Shown in pieces: positions 43,229 to 47,170 of a stretch of DNA of 47,170 nt. Within the stretch, counting starts at the first letter, position 1; each line of letters begins with the position of its first letter. Source of the DNA: an uncultured Planctomycetia bacterium (GTDB taxonomy: Bacteria; Omnitrophota; Gorgyraeia; 2-02-FULL-51-18); contig CAYUTV010000001.1 in NCBI GenBank assembly GCA_964447745.1, positions 20,356 to 67,525 on the forward strand, given 5' to 3'. The notes under the pieces were generated by a model. That model had not been told where the DNA came from. It made no database searches and saw only the letters and a list, made by a program, of their open reading frames with translations. The translations under genes and the position numbers were made by a program.

Positions 43229-43724
43229 CCTGTATCTCACCCTTTCGTATCATTCGGTACGCCTTGGACAGCGTGACCTCCTGATGCTCTATCCATTCGT
43301 CGTGATCCAGGTTTTTACGCCCTTTGACGAGCGTTTCGGCCTTAAACATCGTCATAATCTCATTGCAGATGCCCGGAGCGGGATAGAATTGAGTCAGAAA
43401 AGTCCACTTTCTGGCCTTAAAACCGGTCTCCTCCTCTAGCTCGCGTTTGGCACAAACCAGAGGTTTTTCTTTGATTTCGCGAGTTCCGGCCGGGATTTCC
43501 CATAAATCGCCCTGTGCGGCGTAACGAAATTGACGGATCAGGAGAATCTTGGTTTTGTTGACCACAGGAATGATGACCACCGCCCCCGGGTGATGCACCA
43601 ATTCACGCGTCACGAGTTTGCCGGGCGCCACATCCAGATAAAACCGGTCTTTGACGAGCCGAATGATATGGCCCTGATAAATTAGATGGGATTCTTCGAC
43701 GCGGTAAGGAAGTCTTTTGGGCAC
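43173..43724 (-). CDS. Nudix hydrolase (ADP-ribose pyrophosphatase-like)
   Basis: 183 aa with Nudix box GTREIKEKPLVCAKRELEEETGF. Confidence 0.85.
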   Translation of the reverse strand: MPKRLPYRVEESHLIYQGHIIRLVKDRFYLDVAPGKLVTRELVHHPGAVVIIPVVNKTKILLIRQFRYAAQGDLWEIPAGTREIKEKPLVCAKRELEEETGFKARKWTFLTQFYPAPGICNEIMTMFKAETLVKGRKNLDHDEWIEHQEVTLSKAYRMIRKGEIQDGKTILGLLWLSHFSGQR

Positions 43725-43727
43725 CGC

Positions 43728-44807
43728 TTAATCGATTTCGATCACGGAGTCGACGCCGCCGTAGGGATTGGGTTCGAGGCGCTCGTTAAAGGGATCCGTG
43801 GCCCACTGGCCGTCGATGACAAACTTATAGCGATAGCGGCCGGGCTCAAGAAATACTCTTTTCTGCCACACGCCTTCTTCCTTCTGCCATAGAAGCGAAT
43901 TATTGGAAACACACCAGTTGTTGAAGTCACCCACCAGATGCACCTCTTTGGCGCCCGGGAGACGAACGACGAAATCTCTGAGCCGGTCGGCTTGGCGGCC
44001 CTCGGCACGCACCATGTCTGCCAGAGACAATGCGGGCTGAACGGGCGTCTTGCTCAGAATCTCCTGGCTAAGCATCAGATAATCCAGGGCTCCTTTAGAC
44101 TTGGAGTCATGTTTGATCACCGGAATCCCCTTTGCCTGAGACTCACGAATACTGACGGTCTGCCGGATAGGTGTGTTAAAAATATGTTCGCCGAACGCCG
44201 AACGAATCTCATCAATCATGTACTTGGAAAAGCGCGTACGCATATCCACCATTGTCGGTAATGCAAAAACCTTGGGCGAGTGCTGTAATTTAACGCGGAT
44301 CAACTCGATCATGCTCATGAGCTTGCTCACTCCCATCAGAGAGAAAGAACTAAGCTCTACCGGAACAATCACGGTCTGGCTCGCACGCAGTGCGTTGAAC
44401 GTCAGAAAACCCAAACTCGGCGGACAATCGATGATCACATACTGATAAGGAAACGTCACGTGCATCAAAACCTCGTGCAAACGCGACACAGCCTCATCCT
44501 TATTGGTGAATTCCTGCTCGATTGTACTCAGGAGAAGACTTGAAGGTACCAGATCAAATCCTTCATCCACGGAAATGATCGTATTTTCTAAAAAAGTTTT
44601 TCTGTCAGGTTGTTCGGTGAGGACGTTGTAGATGGAGTTAGAGCCGCGGTCACTGCGCACGCCAAGACCGAAGGTGGCATGGGCTTGAGGATCCAGATCA
44701 ATTAAGAGAGTTCTTTTTCCGAGAGACGCCAGCGACGCGGCGATGTTGATCGCCGAAGATGTTTTACCGCAGCCGCCTTTTTGATTCGACAACGCGATAA
44801 CGTGCAT
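43728..44807 (-). CDS. ParA/Soj-family ATPase fused to a C-terminal CBM48 (AMPK-beta glycogen-binding-like) domain
   Basis: Deviant Walker A NQKGGCGKTS plus LLIDLDPQ. The C-terminal ~85 aa, VVRLPGAKEVHLVGDFNNW..GVWQKRVFLEPGRYRYKFVIDGQWATDP, match the AMPK1_CBM/CBM48 pattern. Confidence 0.8.
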   Translation of the reverse strand: MHVIALSNQKGGCGKTSSAINIAASLASLGKRTLLIDLDPQAHATFGLGVRSDRGSNSIYNVLTEQPDRKTFLENTIISVDEGFDLVPSSLLLSTIEQEFTNKDEAVSRLHEVLMHVTFPYQYVIIDCPPSLGFLTFNALRASQTVIVPVELSSFSLMGVSKLMSMIELIRVKLQHSPKVFALPTMVDMRTRFSKYMIDEIRSAFGEHIFNTPIRQTVSIRESQAKGIPVIKHDSKSKGALDYLMLSQEILSKTPVQPALSLADMVRAEGRQADRLRDFVVRLPGAKEVHLVGDFNNWCVSNNSLLWQKEEGVWQKRVFLEPGRYRYKFVIDGQWATDPFNERLEPNPYGGVDSVIEID

Positions 44808-44834
44808 AGAGGTTGTGCGCTCTCCTTTTAAGGA

Positions 44835-45683
44835 CTACAGCGGAAGGATCTTGAGATCCCGTATATAGATCGTATCGTTAACCTTATTCTGTGTGTCTTT
44901 GGTGCCGAACTCAAAACGCATGCTCTGTACAAAGTTTTCGTCAAAACCTGCGGCCGTATCCATGAGGCTCACTTCAGCCTTCTGCCATTCTGTGGTCAAC
45001 GGCTTGGAGAATGGAAAAATCTTGCCATGATCAAAGGCCAGCACGTTATCTCTGTCCTTAAGCGCGAAGCCGAGATTCTCCCCACCCCTCTGCCCTTTGG
45101 CATAAAACACGATCTTGGTGCCGGCCAGATTCAGCGGCTTTTTGAAATTAATAACCGCGCGGGCAAACGGCGCCACGGAACTATTCGTCATCGTCAGCAT
45201 CACGGGATCCTTGGAGCTCTTGAGCTTGCCCGCACCCTCGAACTGAAACCCGTGAAACCGCACGGAATCTCCGTAAAGGCCGTCGTCAGTCGACGATGAA
45301 GGTGATTCGGTGGTTTCTGTCTCCTCGTCCTTCCAATTGGAAGCGCCCGCCTGCATAAACTTGTCGTCGATTACGCGGATATCGACAAAAATTCTCTTGG
45401 ATGAGAAAAGACTGAACGCTGCCATCAAAAACGCCAAAACTGCGATGATCCAAGGCAGCACCGAAACCGAGTGCGGCTTCTCAACAACCTTGATCACCAT
45501 CGGGTATTCGGACTTTTTGTTCTTCTCCCCGCTAGAGAAGTAAATATCGGCCAATTGATCCTGCGTCATTTCCTGCGCGCTCTTGGCTTGGGGCGCGGTG
45601 GACTGACGCTTGATAGCGGGCCGTGCTTGGTGACGCGAATATTCTTTAACGCTGGCCTTCAAAGCCTCAATCATCTTACTCAT
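44835..45683 (-). CDS. Hypothetical single-pass membrane protein with a C-terminal beta-rich (possible carbohydrate-binding jelly-roll) domain
   Basis: TM helix LPWIIAVLAFLMAAFSLF, an acidic/Ser linker, then ~170 aa ending ..EWQKAEVSL..FVQSMRFEFGTKD..NDTIYIRDLKILPL, a CBM-like pattern. The fold call is weak. The start is uncertain (ATG 45683 versus TTG 45710). Confidence 0.45.
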   Translation of the reverse strand: MSKMIEALKASVKEYSRHQARPAIKRQSTAPQAKSAQEMTQDQLADIYFSSGEKNKKSEYPMVIKVVEKPHSVSVLPWIIAVLAFLMAAFSLFSSKRIFVDIRVIDDKFMQAGASNWKDEETETTESPSSSTDDGLYGDSVRFHGFQFEGAGKLKSSKDPVMLTMTNSSVAPFARAVINFKKPLNLAGTKIVFYAKGQRGGENLGFALKDRDNVLAFDHGKIFPFSKPLTTEWQKAEVSLMDTAAGFDENFVQSMRFEFGTKDTQNKVNDTIYIRDLKILPL

Positions 45684-45741
45684 AACACCCACGACTCTCC
45701 GGTAAAACAAATTTCAAACAAAATTTTTATACGATGGGAAA

Positions 45742-45769
45742 ATTATATCAGATTTTACGGTGTGTGCAA
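45742..45769 (-). promoter_or_regulatory. Candidate sigma70 promoter for the membrane-protein/ParA-CBM48 operon
   Basis: Minus strand: TTGCAC (45769-45764), 16 nt spacer, TATAAT (45747-45742), just after the rmuC stop. Confidence 0.45.
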
Positions 45770-45778
45770 AAGCATTTC

Positions 45779-46960
45779 TCACTGCTGAAGCAGGTTTTCC
45801 TCATTCAGTGAACGCAGGTCCGTGTCTATCGGCGCGGGTTCATCAGCTTCTTTTAATTTGCCGCCCAAAAGTCTTGATCTTTCGATCTGCGGACTCACTT
45901 TTTTCTGCCAGGAGCCCACGGCCTTGTTCCAGCCGTCGGTCGTCTTTCGTATGCCCTGCTGAATCGACTGCAGATGCTCCATAAACGTGCATAAACGGTT
46001 ACCCAGCTCCTCGACGGATGCGCCGAGCTCGGCCGCATTATCTGCCAACTGCTTCTGCGCCCACGTATGAGCGACGAGTGACAGGAGCGGCAGGATGGTC
46101 ATGGGACTGGCGATAATGACCTTGCGGTCCATCGCCTCCTGAAAAAGGCCGATATCCAGCGAGAACGCGGCACGAATCACGGCCTCACTGGGAATAAACA
46201 TCACGACGTAAGGAATTTCAGGGTCGACGTGCGTTTGGTATTCTTTGCGGCTTAATTTAACGAGATTTGAGCGAATATTGACGAGCAAGCGGTCATAGTG
46301 CTCTTTTTGTTTCAGCGGATCATCCGTTTCCTGAGCTAAAATATATTCCGCGGCGACTTCCTTGGAATCGATCACGATTTTTTTGCCGTGGGGCAGATAG
46401 ACGATGAAATCCGGCCGGTTGGAGCTGTCAGAATCACCCATCGTGACCTGCGTGTCAAAATTGATCCCCTTCACGAGATTACTGCGCTCGAGAATCTGCT
46501 GGAGAACAGTCTCACCCCATTTACCGCGAACGCCCGAACTTGAAGTAAGCGCCCTTTTAAGTGAAGAGGTTTCCATACGAATCGCAGTTTCGGCGCTCAA
46601 CACCTGATTGAGCGAACTCTCAATCTTGCCGTACATCTCAAAGCGCTCCGTCTCAAATTTTTTGACGAGGGCCTGGTACTCCCCCAGCTTTTCCTTCATT
46701 TCTCGTACGCTCGAGGAAACTTCCTGCTTGTCTCTCTGGATCTCCTGCCCTGCTTCCGCTTTTACCTGGCGCAGCGCTTCAATGGCAGAGAGCTTGAATT
46801 CGTTTTGGAGCTGTTCGGTGGTGATTTTGGCTGTAGAGAGCTGACTCTCGTAGCCAGAGACTCGTTCGGCGAGTCGTGCGATCTGAGAGGCTCGGAGGAA
46901 GTACACTATAACCGCCCCGAGAACGAAGCTCAGAGCGGAGAAGATGAGGGTTTGGATCAC
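45779..46960 (-). CDS. rmuC: DNA recombination protein RmuC
   Basis: 393 aa with an N-terminal TM helix, a long coiled coil and a C-terminal RmuC nuclease-like core (..RPDFIVYLPHGKKIVIDSK..VMFIPSEA..). The GTG start overlaps the rpsU stop as TAGTG. Confidence 0.8.
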   Translation of the reverse strand: MIQTLIFSALSFVLGAVIVYFLRASQIARLAERVSGYESQLSTAKITTEQLQNEFKLSAIEALRQVKAEAGQEIQRDKQEVSSSVREMKEKLGEYQALVKKFETERFEMYGKIESSLNQVLSAETAIRMETSSLKRALTSSSGVRGKWGETVLQQILERSNLVKGINFDTQVTMGDSDSSNRPDFIVYLPHGKKIVIDSKEVAAEYILAQETDDPLKQKEHYDRLLVNIRSNLVKLSRKEYQTHVDPEIPYVVMFIPSEAVIRAAFSLDIGLFQEAMDRKVIIASPMTILPLLSLVAHTWAQKQLADNAAELGASVEELGNRLCTFMEHLQSIQQGIRKTTDGWNKAVGSWQKKVSPQIERSRLLGGKLKEADEPAPIDTDLRSLNEENLLQQ

Positions 46961-47136
46961 TAAAATCTTTTACGATTTTTGCTGCTGCGTGCTTTTCTTC
47001 GTTTGATTTCGCTGGGTTTTTCGTAGTGCTTCCTGGCCTTGAGAGTCTTCAGGATGCCTTCACGCTCGATTTTTTTCTTGAAACGCTTGAGCGCCCGTTC
47101 CAATGGCTCATTGGGGCCGACTTCCACTTTTGACAT
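46960..47136 (-). CDS. rpsU: 30S ribosomal protein S21
   Basis: Absent from the track because it is under 60 aa. Manual translation: MSKVEVGPNEPLERALKRFKKKIEREGILKTLKARKHYEKPSEIKRRKARSSKNRKRF. GGAAGGGA lies upstream of the ATG. Confidence 0.85.
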   Translation of the reverse strand: MSKVEVGPNEPLERALKRFKKKIEREGILKTLKARKHYEKPSEIKRRKARSSKNRKRF

Positions 47137-47170
47137 TAACTATCCCTTCCGTTTGTTATGGTTGAACTTG

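Noticed and set aside
1-47170. CRISPR arrays, rRNA/tRNA genes, IS elements, integrases or other mobile-element boundaries.
   Set aside because: I saw no regularly spaced direct repeats, no transposase- or recombinase-like ORFs and no tRNA-like sequences in the intergenic gaps. The only repeats are short promoter-region motifs and low-complexity coding tracts.

Overview
This 47.2-kb window holds 51 supportable protein genes, 50 of them on the minus strand. They are tightly packed, with many 1-4 nt start/stop overlaps. The only plus-strand gene is a 50-aa zinc-ribbon ORF. In transcription order (high to low coordinates) the content is:
- rpsU-rmuC.
- A promoter-led block: membrane-anchored beta-rich protein, ParA-CBM48 fusion, Nudix hydrolase, M48 peptidase, secreted SNase, DUF151 nuclease with an acidic tail, and a TIGR04073-like protein.
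- A ~14-kb type IV pilus / T2SS-like locus. It encodes a PilM-PilN fusion, PilO-like and PilP-like proteins, a secretin, a single PilB/GspE ATPase and PilC/GspF. The major pilin follows with its own promoter and terminator. After it comes a 10-gene translationally coupled block: 3 pilins, 3 secreted proteins ending in phage tail-fibre-type intramolecular-chaperone domains, and 4 minor pilins.
- Coiled-coil protein, apt, MTA-nucleosidase-like, dedA.
- marR-OMF-RND with no adaptor gene.
- thrH, xth, glnN (GS type III), two ROK regulators and a basic Zn-ribbon protein.
- bioBFAD, gcvT-H-PA-PB plus a short LplA-like ligase, pdaD, and an ArnT/GT39-like glycosyltransferase that runs off the left edge.

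The secretin and the TolC-like outer-membrane factor indicate a diderm bacterium. I cannot assign a lineage from sequence alone. I saw no rRNA, tRNA, CRISPR array, transposase or integrase.

Two real genes are missing from the supplied ORF track: the edge-truncated GT39 gene at 1-1389 and the 58-aa rpsU. The track takes the longest ATG/GTG/TTG ORF, so several listed N-termini are too long and I corrected them.

The most interesting signal is the trio of Peptidase_S74-like chaperone-tailed fibre proteins inside the pilin operon, where a PilY1-type protein would normally sit. All family assignments come from reading motifs by eye; no searches were run.
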